Source: Mycobacteriales bacterium
Lineage (GTDB): Bacteria > Actinomycetota > Actinomycetes > Mycobacteriales > Nakamurellaceae
NCBI GenBank assembly: GCA_038325895.1
Contig: JBBQJM010000001.1
Coordinates: 1-33,440, forward strand
Reading direction: 5' to 3'
DNA: 33,440 nt
Shown here: piece by piece, positions 18,516-28,224 of the stretch
Position numbering within the stretch: position 1 is the first letter of the stretch
Layout: each line of letters opens with the position of its first letter
Translations under genes and position numbers: made by a program
The notes under the pieces: generated by a model
The model's input: only the letters and a program-made list of their open reading frames with translations
Told to the model about the DNA's origin: nothing
Databases searched by the model: none

Positions 18516-19874
18516 TCATCGGACGCGCTTGACCGGCAGGATGGCCAGACCTCCGATGATGGCGCAGACGCCGGCGAACGCGTACAGCACCCCGTAGCTG
18601 CCGCCGCCGATCACCAGGATCACCGGCGCGATCGCCGGCGCGACGGAATAGGGGAGGGCGCCGGCAATGTTCAACACCCCGAGATCCTTTGCCGCATTGG
18701 CTTTGTCGGGCAGCACGTCGGCAACGAGCGCGAGATCGACGGCCATGTACACGCCGAAGCCGAGGCCGCCGATCGCCATCCCGACCAGGAAGCCGTTGAA
18801 GTTGCTGGCGATCGCGACCACGAACATCGCAAGGCCGTACACGATCGAAGCGGTGAGAACGAAGACCTTCCGCCGCCCGGTCCGGTCGGAGAGTCTGCCG
18901 CCGATCAGCGAAGCGCCGACGATGAGGACGGACTGGACCAGCGTGCCGAGGAAGATCTGTTGCGGCACATCGACCTCTGCGCTGCCGATCTTGTCCAGCA
19001 GGTAGTAGGCCTGATAGGTGGTCAGCAGCGCGTACGCCATGACGAACATGAAGCGGCTGGCGAAAGCCCAGGCGAAATCCGGGCTTTTCCGCGGATTGAC
19101 GTAGAACGTGCCGGCAAATTCCCGCACCGACCACTGCGGCCGGTCCGCCTTGGCCAGTCGGCGATCGTTCAGGGTGACCGCGAAGAGCAGGACGAAGAAC
19201 CCCCCGATCGCGCACGGGACGAGGAACATGCCGATCGCATTGCCGGTGAACAGCTGGACCAGGAAAGTGCCGCTCACCGACGCGATGGGCAGGCAGACAC
19301 CGAGGACACCCGCGACCGTGCCGCGTTGGACCTCCGGGACCTGGTCCGGCAGTACCGCCACCAGGGCCGCAAGCAGCGCGTTGAAGAACAGCTGGGCGAT
19401 GCACCATCCGGCCAGCACGACCGGCACGCTCGGTGCCAGCGCGACAACCAGGATGCCGAAGGACCCGCCCAGCAGGCCGGTGACCATCCAGGGCCGTCGC
19501 ATCCCCAGCCGCGACGACGTGCGGTCGCTCATCCTGCCGAAGAACGGATTACCGACCAGCGACAGCAGCGCGCCGGTCCCGGTGACCAGCGCCAAGCTGT
19601 TCGGTGCCCGGTCGATCCCGACCAGCGAGTTGATCTTCAGGGCCAGCGTGACCAGCAGCGGCGCGAGGAACAACAGGCAGGTGCCCATGTACGCCAGCAC
19701 GTACAGCGAGATGAATCCCCAGCCGACCCGGCGCAGCGCGGGTGGCGTCGTTGGCGCAGTGGTCTGCGGCGCAGCCCGAATTGCGGTCCGTTGGTCGACT
19801 CCGTCCAGCCTGGAGGTCGGAGCCTGGGGGTGGGCGGTGGGGGTGCTCTCTGCGGGAAGGGAAGCATCGGGCAT
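18516..19874 (-). CDS. MFS transporter
   Basis: MFS loop motifs GRMSDRTSSRLGMRRP and GRLSDRTGRRK; about 12 hydrophobic segments; GAGGAG RBS before ATG 19874. Confidence 0.92.
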   Translation of the reverse strand: MPDASLPAESTPTAHPQAPTSRLDGVDQRTAIRAAPQTTAPTTPPALRRVGWGFISLYVLAYMGTCLLFLAPLLVTLALKINSLVGIDRAPNSLALVTGTGALLSLVGNPFFGRMSDRTSSRLGMRRPWMVTGLLGGSFGILVVALAPSVPVVLAGWCIAQLFFNALLAALVAVLPDQVPEVQRGTVAGVLGVCLPIASVSGTFLVQLFTGNAIGMFLVPCAIGGFFVLLFAVTLNDRRLAKADRPQWSVREFAGTFYVNPRKSPDFAWAFASRFMFVMAYALLTTYQAYYLLDKIGSAEVDVPQQIFLGTLVQSVLIVGASLIGGRLSDRTGRRKVFVLTASIVYGLAMFVVAIASNFNGFLVGMAIGGLGFGVYMAVDLALVADVLPDKANAAKDLGVLNIAGALPYSVAPAIAPVILVIGGGSYGVLYAFAGVCAIIGGLAILPVKRVR

Positions 19875-20241
19875 GTGCGCTCTCCTCACGGCGGTAGGGA
19901 GTCAGCGACCAACTCTAGGCACTACGCGTGCTGTTTGCGGTGGTGCGCAGCATATGGGGTTTTTGTCCACATCGACGATGTGCCGAACTGCCGGGTTGTC
20001 CGCCCGCTGCTGGCAATCGATTGTCGCAGGTGATCGGGACCGACGGATCGTTGCCACATCCGGGAACCGCCGAGGGTTAGTACCAAGGTCTGATTGCCCG
20101 TTGCCCTTGACAGGCACCACATTCATCACGGGTGAGGACGCTGTTCCTCGTTCGCGCGTACCACCGCGATGCGGCCGGACCGTCGCCAGCGCAACGCCGA
20201 AGGAGAAGCGAGATGAGGTCTTCATGATCGACCTTGCTGAG

Positions 20242-20559
20242 ATGAGCGGGGAATCTGCCGACCGAGCGGAGTCCGCAGCGCCGACGACGGTCCTGATCGT
20301 GGATGACCATCTGTCGTTCGCCGAGCTGTTGGCGGCCGCGCTGGACGCCCCCATCCCGCTGTTGACCCCCCGTGAGATGGAAGGGCTCACCTACCTCGGG
20401 CCGGGCATGCCCGTTCCCCGCATCGCCCGCTCCTTGGGTATCAGCCTGCACACCTGCCGCGGCTACGTGAAATCGCTGGACGCCAAGCTGGGTGTCTCGA
20501 CCCAGCTGAAAGCGGTGATCAAAGCACAGCAGCTGGGACTGTTCCACCAGGTCCGCTGA
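20242..20559 (+). pseudogene. NarL/LuxR response regulator with in-frame deletion of most of the receiver domain
   Basis: TVLIVDDHLSFAELLAAAL (receiver beta1-alpha1) joins directly to LTPREME...IARSLGISLHTCRGYVKSLDAKLGVSTQL (LuxR HTH). Confidence 0.7.
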
Positions 20560-20568
20560 CGAAGTGGC

Positions 20569-20880
20569 TCAGCTCTCGGCGTGCGGCGGCGGATGGGTCG
20601 CGCCGACGTCGTGCAGCAGGGCGTGGATCTGCTCGCTGGCGATGTTCCACCGGCGCTCCCGTCCGACCCGCTCGGATCGGACGATGCCGCGGATGCGCAA
20701 CGCACCGAGAGCGTGTGAGGTGGCGTTGGCTGTCATCTGAACCGCCTCGGCCAGATCGCCGACGTTGATCCCAGGGCGGTAGTGCACTGCCAGCAGGATG
20801 CGCAGCCGGTTGGTGTCGGCCATCGCCTGGAAGATCTCCGCCCACCGGTCGATGACAGCCGGGTCGGTGTTGGTGCCCAC
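20569..20880 (-). CDS. ArsR/SmtB-family metalloregulator
   Basis: FQAMADTNRLRIL...VGDLAEAV...ATSHALGALR...GIVRSERVGR with a His-rich tail HALLHDVGATHPPPH. Start uncertain (GTG 20880 or ATG 20964). Confidence 0.85.
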   Translation of the reverse strand: MGTNTDPAVIDRWAEIFQAMADTNRLRILLAVHYRPGINVGDLAEAVQMTANATSHALGALRIRGIVRSERVGRERRWNIASEQIHALLHDVGATHPPPHAES

Positions 20881-21126
20881 GATGGACAATCCGAGTCCAC
20901 GATCGTGACGAAGCACGACTGTGACATCGGGACCCAGCTGTTGATGACCGCCGGTTGCCGTCATCGTCCCAGTTTGACAGCAACAAGAGCCGGACATCGG
21001 CTGCAGAGCCCGGTGCAACGCCGAGAATTTATCGGCTTGTCTGAGCCGATGACCAACCATCGGGGATACGATCTCGGCGGCCGACCCTGTGGGCCCGCTG
21101 CACGCGACCGGGAAAGGGGCGTCGCC

Positions 21127-22263
21127 ATGTCCGGAGCGAACTCACCGTCCACCGTCGTTGCAGCGGGGTCGTCGGGGATCCGGTCCCTGCTCGGGCCACC
21201 CGGCGGGTGGAGGCGGATCGCCGGCGCACTCTCCGTGGTGCTGTTGTTGACGGCAGTCTCGTTCGGTCTGTTGTTCGCGGCGGTGATTCCCGGCCGTCAC
21301 GAGATCAACGGTCAGGTCTTCGGAATCGGGTTGGCGATCACCGCCTATTTGCTGGGCGTGCGGCATGCGTTCGACGCCGACCACATCGCGGCCATCGACA
21401 ACACCACCCGCAAGCTGGTCGCGGACGGCAAGCGGCCGGTGACAGTGGGGTTGTTCTTCTCCCTCGGGCATTCGTCAGTGGTATTCGTAATGGCGTTCCT
21501 GGTCGCGATCGGCGCGAAATTCGTCACCGCCCTGGTGTCGGACGGCTCGGATGTGCACCAGACCCTGGGGGTGATCGGCACCTCGATCTCGGGGTTCTTC
21601 CTCGTCGTCATCGGGTTGATCAATCTCGCCGCCCTGATGAGCATCTACCGGGTGTGGCGGGAGGCGCAGACCGGCGGGTACGACGAGCACGCACTGGAAG
21701 AGGCATTGAACTCCCGCGGCCTGTTCGCCCGGTTGCTGCGGCCGGCGATGAAGAGGATCAGACGGCCCGGACAAATGTATCCGTTGGGCTTCCTGTTCGG
21801 GTTGGGGTTCGACACCGCAACGGAGATATCGCTTCTCGTGCTCGCCGGGGCGGGAGTCGCGACTGGGCTGCCCTGGTACGCGGTGATGGTGTTGCCCTTG
21901 CTCTTCGCCTCCGGGATGAGCCTTTTCGATACATTGGACGGGGCATTCATGCAGGCCGCCTACCAGTGGGCGTTCCTTCGGCCGGTGCGCAAGGTCTACT
22001 ACAACCTGACCACCACTGGATTGTCGGTGGCTGTGGCGTTGATCATCGGCGGTGTCGAATTGATCAGCGTGGTGCACGACAAGGCCGAATTGACCGATCC
22101 CGTCACCAGTTGGGTCGCCGGTATCACGCTGGACGACATCGGCTACGTGATCGTCGCGCTGTTCGTGCTGGTGTGGGCCGGCTCTGTCACCTACTGGCGG
22201 TACGGCAACGTCGAACAACGATGGACCGCAAAGCTCGCCAACGGCGGCCCACCCGACCGCTGA
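21127..22263 (+). CDS. nicT: HoxN/HupN/NixA (NiCoT) nickel/cobalt permease
   Basis: Signatures RHAFDADHIAAID, FSLGHSSVV and LGFDTATE; ATG after GGAAAGGGG. Confidence 0.93.
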   Translation: MSGANSPSTVVAAGSSGIRSLLGPPGGWRRIAGALSVVLLLTAVSFGLLFAAVIPGRHEINGQVFGIGLAITAYLLGVRHAFDADHIAAIDNTTRKLVADGKRPVTVGLFFSLGHSSVVFVMAFLVAIGAKFVTALVSDGSDVHQTLGVIGTSISGFFLVVIGLINLAALMSIYRVWREAQTGGYDEHALEEALNSRGLFARLLRPAMKRIRRPGQMYPLGFLFGLGFDTATEISLLVLAGAGVATGLPWYAVMVLPLLFASGMSLFDTLDGAFMQAAYQWAFLRPVRKVYYNLTTTGLSVAVALIIGGVELISVVHDKAELTDPVTSWVAGITLDDIGYVIVALFVLVWAGSVTYWRYGNVEQRWTAKLANGGPPDR

Positions 22264-22336
22264 GCACCGGGGGAGCGAGGCCCGCGGGTATCGGTGAGGG
22301 ATTGCTGTCCGCGGTCACCCCCGGTCGCTGTGCGGT

Positions 22337-22560
22337 ATGAACACTCCTGAGGTTGTTCTGCTCACCTACGCGGGCGGGCCGCCGCCTATTGCGACTCGTG
22401 CACCGTGACTGGATATCTCGTCGGCCTGTACCACGACGGCGCCCAGTCCGTCGTCGCCCATGGCGTGGCGAACATCGTCACCGGTGCGCCGATGTTCTGT
22501 GACACCGGGCTTCTGTTCGGATCGATCACGAAGGTCCTGACCACCACGTTGGTTCTCGAT
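22337..22560 (+). pseudogene. N-terminal remnant of a serine hydrolase/beta-lactamase-family protein
   Basis: VAHGVANIVTGAPMFCDTGLLFGSITKVLTTTLV contains the SxxK motif; homology appears to stop right after it. Confidence 0.6.
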
Positions 22561-22923
22561 TCGCGAATTGTCATCGTGACCGATGCCATCGGCACGGTCA
22601 CCTCGCCGCTGATGTCACGGGTCGTGCCCGATCGGGGATTCCGGGTTTTCCTGGTCTGTGTGGTGCTCCTCAGACGTGCCGACCTCGGGGCATGAGCCCT
22701 GTGATTCTCGATGTGACGACGGATGGGCATTCTGTCCGGTGCCGGTCGCTGCGGCCGAAGACACCCGACGCCCGAACGGTTGTCGCGTTGTGGCAGCGAG
22801 TGCCGACCGCCAAGGTGCCGCCGGCCATCGCGCGGGTCGCGGGCCTGGAAACTGCTGCGGGCCACGGTTATGCTGCGGTGCCGGAGCGTTCCGACGTCAC
22901 TCACAGACCAACGGAGGCAGTGC

Positions 22924-23748
22924 ATGGGCACCATCACGACGACCGATGGCACCGAGATCTTCTACAAGGACTGGGGATCGGGTCAGCCGATCGTCTTCAG
23001 CCACGGCTGGCCGCTGTCGAGCGACGATTGGGATACCCAACTGCTGTTCTTCCTGCAGCAGGGATTCCGGGTCATCGCCCACGACAGGCGAGGGCATGGA
23101 CGGTCCACACAGACCAGCGACGGTCACGACATGGACCACTATGCGGACGACCTGGCTGCGCTCACCGCCCATCTCGATCTTTCCGACGCCGTCCACGTCG
23201 GGCACTCCACCGGCGGCGGCGAGGTCGTGCACTACATCGCCCGACACGGCGAGAGTCGCGTCGCGAAGGCGGTCTTGATCAGTGCCGTGCCGCCGCTCAT
23301 GGTGCAAACCGACGCCAACCCCGGCGGCCTACCCAAGAGCGTCTTCGACGATCTGCAGGCCCAGTTGGCCGCCAGCCGGCCCGAATTCTACCGGGCGCTG
23401 CCGTCAGGACCGTTTTACGGCTTCAACCGACCAGGCGTGGAATCCTCGGAAGCGGTCATCGAGAACTGGTGGCGGCAGGGAATGATGGGCGGAGCAAAGG
23501 CACACTACGACGGCATCGTTGCCTTCTCGCAGACCGATTTCACCGAGGATCTCAAGAAGATCACCGTTCCCGTCCTGGTGATGCACGGCGACGACGACCA
23601 GATCGTGCCGTACGCCGACTCCGGACCGCTGTCGGCGAAACTGCTGCAGAACGGGGCATTGAAGACGTATTCGGGATTCCCGCACGGCATGCCGACCACT
23701 CAGGCCGAGACGATCAACGCCGACTTGTTGGCCTTCATCCAGTCCTGA
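22924..23748 (+). CDS. cpo: Non-heme chloroperoxidase/perhydrolase (alpha/beta hydrolase)
   Basis: [40 protein letters not shown] and PHGM motifs; GGAGG RBS. Confidence 0.92.
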   Translation: MGTITTTDGTEIFYKDWGSGQPIVFSHGWPLSSDDWDTQLLFFLQQGFRVIAHDRRGHGRSTQTSDGHDMDHYADDLAALTAHLDLSDAVHVGHSTGGGEVVHYIARHGESRVAKAVLISAVPPLMVQTDANPGGLPKSVFDDLQAQLAASRPEFYRALPSGPFYGFNRPGVESSEAVIENWWRQGMMGGAKAHYDGIVAFSQTDFTEDLKKITVPVLVMHGDDDQIVPYADSGPLSAKLLQNGALKTYSGFPHGMPTTQAETINADLLAFIQS

Positions 23749-23754
23749 TCGACG

Positions 23755-23776
23755 GGCCGCCGCGACGCCGGCGGCC
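23755..23776 (+). terminator. Hairpin immediately after cpo
   Basis: GGCCGCCG-(CGACGC)-CGGCGGCC, a perfect 8-bp stem 6 nt after the stop; no U-tract. Confidence 0.5.
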
Positions 23777-23799
23777 TCCAGTTCAGTCGGACGCGACGC

Positions 23800-24050
23800 C
23801 AGTCGGTCGCTGCGTTCACGCTCCTGAATTCGAGTACTCACCCAGGGCGGCGAAGGCGGGTTCGGGTTCCCATGGGCCACGGTAGCCGGCCGAGCCGACC
23901 TCGGGGATCGCCACCTGCTTTCCCTGTGCCCGTGGGCTCGGACGCCCTTGGGCACAGGTCGGCGATCTCCGCCGACCGGTAGAGGTCCACGGAGATGAAG
24001 TCGAACGGCGTCCAGTCGACGCGATCCAGCGGGCGGGCCGAAGCGCCGGC
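23800..24050 (-). pseudogene. Internal fragment of a conserved actinobacterial hypothetical protein (glycoside-hydrolase-like, often auto-annotated as abortive infection protein)
   Basis: DRVDWTPFDFISVDLYRSAEIAD motif recalled from this family; flanks are frameshifted. Confidence 0.45.
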
Positions 24051-24567
24051 GAGAGTGCGTTCCGTCAAGAACGAACAACGTCGTACGTGATGCCCTTGCC
24101 GCGCACGAGCCCCTTTCTTCCTGATTTCCGTCCTGACCTCCCGCCCGATCTCCAGCGGGCAATCCTCGCCTCGCGCGGCCGCTCCTTCGCGACTCACGCG
24201 GACGGGCTGGACGCCCAAGGGCTGGACCAGGCGAATCCAGCGAGTGCCGGACTTCCGGTCAGCACCGCCCAGCCGAAACGGTTTGTGGTCACTAAAATAG
24301 CCGTAGACCCGTCGTCACAAACGCGACGAGTATGGCTCAGGCCATTCATGAGACGGTAGAAGTTCCCGAAGTCTCGCTGTGTTGACTCTGCCCAGGACCA
24401 TTTCTGCGTCAAGGTTGGACTCGTCAATTTGGCTCATGAACTCCCGGCAACCGACCGCAGGGCGGAAGGACGAACAACGTGCCGTCCTTGTCGCGCCACA
24501 CTGCCAAGCACCCTGGCATCGTCCGTCGCCTGCCGGTCGAGGTCTTGGCTGATGCCGCTCGCGGGAG

Positions 24568-24999
24568 TCAGGGATTCAGATCGGTGGCAGCGCGCAGCGA
24601 GCCGTCCATGTAGAACGGTGTCGAAGTGTGTTGGTGGACGATCCGCCACTGGTCATCGATGCGTCGCATCCCGAGTGTGGACCGGTGCCAGAGGGTGAAC
24701 GGCTGCGGGGAATTTGGGGATGCGCCCATGCTGTCCAGGCTGGTGCACAGTGCGAGGTCACCGTCGACCGTGACCTGCAGGTCGCGGACCTCGGACCACA
24801 CACTGCCGCCTCTTTCGGCAAACCAGGCCTGCAGCTTGGCGACGTCGCGGGTACCGTCCGATGGTTGCACCAGCGGCGGAGCGAGGCTGAACACCACCGC
24901 GTCCGGTGCATAGCTGGAGCAGATGGTTTCTGCGTCGCCGGTGCGCATCGCGGTCGTCCGGTCTTGAATCAACGTGCGGATGGTTGCTTGGTCGTTCAT
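24568..24999 (-). CDS. YybH/SnoaL-like NTF2-fold protein
   Basis: YAPDAVVFSLAPPL...GDLALCTSL...RSTLGMRRIDDQWRIVHQHTSTPFYMDGS; AGGAGG RBS. Confidence 0.88.
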   Translation of the reverse strand: MNDQATIRTLIQDRTTAMRTGDAETICSSYAPDAVVFSLAPPLVQPSDGTRDVAKLQAWFAERGGSVWSEVRDLQVTVDGDLALCTSLDSMGASPNSPQPFTLWHRSTLGMRRIDDQWRIVHQHTSTPFYMDGSLRAATDLNP

Positions 25000-25043
25000 G
25001 TGATCCTCCTGGGGTGAGCGCCGGCGGTCGGCGCTCTCACCAC

Positions 25044-25075
25044 GATGTCGATACCGGGCCCCCGGTTTCGACATC
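25044..25075. promoter_or_regulatory. Palindromic bidirectional ECF42-type promoter
   Basis: TGTCGA-N17-CGAC reads on both strands: + strand 25046-25051/25069-25072 and - strand 25073-25068/25050-25047. It lies between divergent genes and matches the ECF42 consensus as I recall it. Confidence 0.7.
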
Positions 25076-25111
25076 AAGGAAACGACCGCTCAAAGATATG
25101 GAGGGCCGACA

Positions 25112-25483
25112 GTGAAATACCTGATCATGGTGCAGAGCAACCCGACCTCACTCGCGCACTGGGACACCCTGACCGACGAACAGAAGGAGGAGTTCGGCCG
25201 GGCGCACTTCGCACTGACCGATGCGCTGCTCGATTCGGGGCACCTGGTCACCTCGGCAGGACTCGCGCCGGTGGAAACGGCGAAGCAGGTCACCGTCCGC
25301 AACGGGGCGACCGTCGCCACCGATGGCCCGTTCGCCGAGGTCAAGGAGCACCTCGCGGGGTTCTACCTGGTGGACTGCGCCGACATGGACGAGGCCATCG
25401 GCATCGCCGCCCGAGTTCCGGACGCGGAGTTCAACCATGTGCAGGTACGGCCGGTGTTCGACCGCAGCCTGCTCGACGAGTGA
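25112..25483 (+). CDS. YciI/DGPF-domain protein
   Basis: ATDGPFAEVKEHLAGFYLVDC...EAIGIAARVP motif; GGAGG RBS. Confidence 0.92.
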   Translation: MKYLIMVQSNPTSLAHWDTLTDEQKEEFGRAHFALTDALLDSGHLVTSAGLAPVETAKQVTVRNGATVATDGPFAEVKEHLAGFYLVDCADMDEAIGIAARVPDAEFNHVQVRPVFDRSLLDE

Positions 25484-26709
25484 CCTCGTTTCAATCCGAC
25501 CACCGCGTCGAGCAGCTGCTGCGTCAGCTCGCGCCGGGGGTGTTGGCCACCCTCGCCGGCCGGCACCAAGGGTTCGACATGTGCGAGGACGCGGTCCAGG
25601 AAGCCCTGATGACGGCGGCGGCGCGTTGGCCGGTCGATGGTGTGCCCGAGAACCCGAGGGGTTGGCTGGTCACGGTCGCCTCGCGTCGGTGGATCGAGAT
25701 CTGGCGCAGCGAGGCCGCCCGCCGCCGGCGAGAGCACACCGTGGCAAGCGAGGTGATCACGGCACCGGATGCCGCGTCGGCTGTGGACCGGGACGACTCA
25801 CTGACGCTGCTGTTCCTGTGCTGCCACCCGGCGCTGACGCTGGTCTCGCAGGTGGCGTTCACGCTGCGGGCGGTTGGCGGGTTGACCACCGCCGAGATCG
25901 CCCGCGGGCTTCTGGTGCCGGAGTCGACGATTGCGCAGCGCATCACCCGGGCGAAGGCGCGGATCCGGGACAGCGGCGCGAGGTTTACCATGCCCGAGGA
26001 CGCGGAGTGGCCGGCGCGGCTGGCCGCCGTGCTGCGGGTGTTGTACCTGGTCTTCAACGAGGGGTACACCGCGACCTCCGGTGACCGCCTGCACCGGGTT
26101 GAGCTCAGCACGGAGGCCATCCGGCTCACCCGCCAGTTGCGGGCCGCGCTACCGGGCGAGGGTGAGGTCGCCGGACTGCTCGCCCTCATGCTGCTCACCG
26201 ACGCCAGGCGGACAGCCCGGACCACTCCCGCGGGCGGCCTCATTCCGTTGCCGGAACAGGACCGCGGCCGGTGGGACCAGGCCCTCATCGCGGAGGGCAG
26301 CGCATTGCTCACCGACACGCTGCCCACCTCGAGGATCGGCCCTTACCAGGTGCAGGCCGCCATTGCCGCGGTTCACGACGAGGCGCCCAGCGCCGCCGAG
26401 ACGGACTGGCCGCAGATCCTCGGCCTCTACGACATCCTGGTGACGATGGCGGCCGGCCCGATGGTGACACTCAACCGGATCGTTGCGCTGGCCATGGTCC
26501 AGGGACCGGAGATCGGTTTGCAGGCGCTGGATCTCGCCGAGCCGGCATTGGGCGGGCAGCACCGGATCGCCGCGGTTCGCGCCCACCTGCTCGATCTCGC
26601 GGGCGAGCCGGAAATGGCCCGAGAGCAGTACGAACTCGCTGCCCGGACCGCTCTGAACCTCCCAGAACGGCACTACCTGGAGTCACGCGCCCGACGCGCA
26701 GCCAGGTAG
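25480..26709 (+). CDS. ECF42-type RNA polymerase sigma factor with C-terminal extension
   Basis: EDAVQEAL, NPRGWL, LFLCCHPAL, QRITRAK, LYLVFNEGY and GPYQVQAAIAAVH motifs; GTGA overlap with the DGPF gene. Confidence 0.92.
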   Translation: MTSFQSDHRVEQLLRQLAPGVLATLAGRHQGFDMCEDAVQEALMTAAARWPVDGVPENPRGWLVTVASRRWIEIWRSEAARRRREHTVASEVITAPDAASAVDRDDSLTLLFLCCHPALTLVSQVAFTLRAVGGLTTAEIARGLLVPESTIAQRITRAKARIRDSGARFTMPEDAEWPARLAAVLRVLYLVFNEGYTATSGDRLHRVELSTEAIRLTRQLRAALPGEGEVAGLLALMLLTDARRTARTTPAGGLIPLPEQDRGRWDQALIAEGSALLTDTLPTSRIGPYQVQAAIAAVHDEAPSAAETDWPQILGLYDILVTMAAGPMVTLNRIVALAMVQGPEIGLQALDLAEPALGGQHRIAAVRAHLLDLAGEPEMAREQYELAARTALNLPERHYLESRARRAAR

Positions 26710-26829
26710 CGGAGATCGGGAACCCACCACGTCAACGGCATTCGGCTGCGGCCGGGCCGCTTTCTAAGGGATATCGATGGTTCGGGTGATCTGGCCGTTG
26801 TTCTCCCAGTACGTCCGGCGACTCGCCAA

Positions 26830-27310
26830 GTATGGATCATCCGGATCCGGCTGCACCGCTCCGTGATCGCCGAAGGCTCGTGACCGAATGGTGTGCCTAC
26901 CCGAGGCACCCGCCCCCAGTCGAATGTCCAGAAACTCCAGGAGAATTCCTTGTCACCGTGCGAGCGCATTCTCCTTATTCTGGTGCGCTGCCACCCCACC
27001 ATCAACCTGGACCTCGACCCGATCGATCGATCCGCCCCAGGCGGCACCAAGGCGGCACCCAGCACGAAATAGTCTGCGCCGCGGCGGGACACTTTTGCCG
27101 GTGCGGACTTGAGCCGGACATGACGGACAGTGGTGAAGGTCCACACCACATTGTCGTCCTGTTGCTCTTCCCGGATCGTCACATAATCACGGGCCATGAA
27201 ACGCCCGCGTACCTGCCGTCCCGAAATTCGATACGAGTCAGCAATTTGACATTGGCGACGCCGTACCAACCTGGAGCAATCAGCCGCAATCGGCGGGGTC
27301 CGAGCTTGCG
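26830..27310 (-). pseudogene. C-terminal remnant of a sulfite-oxidase-like molybdopterin oxidoreductase
   Basis: Across frames: LRLIAPGWYGVANVKLLTRIE / GRFMARDYVTIRE...LKSAPAKV / GAAWGGSIDRVEVQVDGG / FSWSFWTFDW. Confidence 0.7.
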
Positions 27311-27339
27311 GGCGTGGGCACTGGTCCGACCCGCGATCC

Positions 27340-27385
27340 TCAACCTGCGATGATCAACCTGCAATGATCAACCTGCGATGATCAA
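27340..27385. repeat. 14-bp tandem repeat TCAACCTGCRATGA x3
   Basis: Units at 27340, 27354 and 27368, plus a trailing TCAA. Confidence 0.9.
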
Positions 27386-27467
27386 TTGGGAACCGACGAC
27401 GCGAAGAATGCCTGGCTCCCGCAGCCGTCTGGAGCGGCTCACCCCACGACCGACAGGAACCGTGTCC

Positions 27468-27863
27468 ATGGACATGAAGCTCGAGCTCGTTCCCGTGCCC
27501 GTCACCGACGTCGACAGGGCAAAGGCCTTCTACATCGACAAAGTGGGGTTCGTCCTCGACGTCGACGTGCGGCCAGTTGAGGGGATGCGTGTCGTGCAGC
27601 TCACCCCGCCCGGCTCCGCCTGCTCGATCGTCATCGGCACCGGCCTGAACGACATCTCCGACATGACGCCCGGGACCCAGAAAGGCCTGCACCTGGTGGT
27701 CAACGACATCGAGACCGCCCGCGGCGAGCTGATCGGCCGCGGCGTGACGGTGGGTGACGTCCAGGACGTGGGCGGTGGCGTCAAGTACGCCTGGTTCGCC
27801 GACCCCGATGGCAACTCGATGGTGTTGCAGGAGATGGGCTGGAGAACGGGCGAGAACTTCTAG
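27468..27863 (+). CDS. VOC/glyoxalase-bleomycin resistance family protein
   Basis: MKLELVPVPVTDVDRAKAFY...VQLTPPGSACSI...FADPDGNS. Confidence 0.92.
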   Translation: MDMKLELVPVPVTDVDRAKAFYIDKVGFVLDVDVRPVEGMRVVQLTPPGSACSIVIGTGLNDISDMTPGTQKGLHLVVNDIETARGELIGRGVTVGDVQDVGGGVKYAWFADPDGNSMVLQEMGWRTGENF

Positions 27864-27966
27864 GGCGCGGCAACGCTGTCCGGCGCCGAACCGTCGCGCT
27901 GGTGGACCATGACGCCACCTCCAAGGCGGTATCAGGGCCGCAACCAACTCACGGTCCAGTGGCATC

Positions 27967-28206
27967 AATGTTTCCGTCGGCCGGCAGAGATTCGCGGAGC
28001 TGATTGGCTATCCACCCGCACAACATCTTCAGCACGAGGCGGACTTCGACTACACCGCGATCGACACGGTGATCCCGCATCCCGTGTACGCCACGCAGGG
28101 GTGGGTGTCGATCCTCAATCCGGGCGAGCAGACGGAGGCTCAGGTCTGCATCCTGATGGCCGAGGCCCACCCCCGGGCGGTCCGCCGGCACCGACCTCTC
28201 ACCTGA
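27967..28206 (+). pseudogene. C-terminal remnant of a DUF6194-like protein
   Basis: Not in the ORF track. My translation: NVSVGRQRFAELIGYPP...DYTAIDTVIPHPVYATQGWVSILNPG...AEAH; TGA at 28204; no start seen. Confidence 0.65.
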
Positions 28207-28224
28207 CCGACTGATGAGCCCTGG

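Noticed and set aside
20980-21110. Cobalamin riboswitch upstream of the NiCoT gene (CCCGGTGCAACGCCG resembles part of the B12 element)
   Set aside because: Lacks the preceding GGGAA and the downstream GCCACTG and B12-box elements in the right order. An Rfam cmscan would settle it.
23800-24050. Anti-phage abortive-infection system
   Set aside because: Only a short broken fragment, and I know of no functional support for the family label.
24100-24440. Lower-GC stretch with a 40-codon minus-strand ORF (MSQIDESNLDAEMVLGR...)
   Set aside because: No family recognisable; cannot distinguish it from a further remnant or noise.
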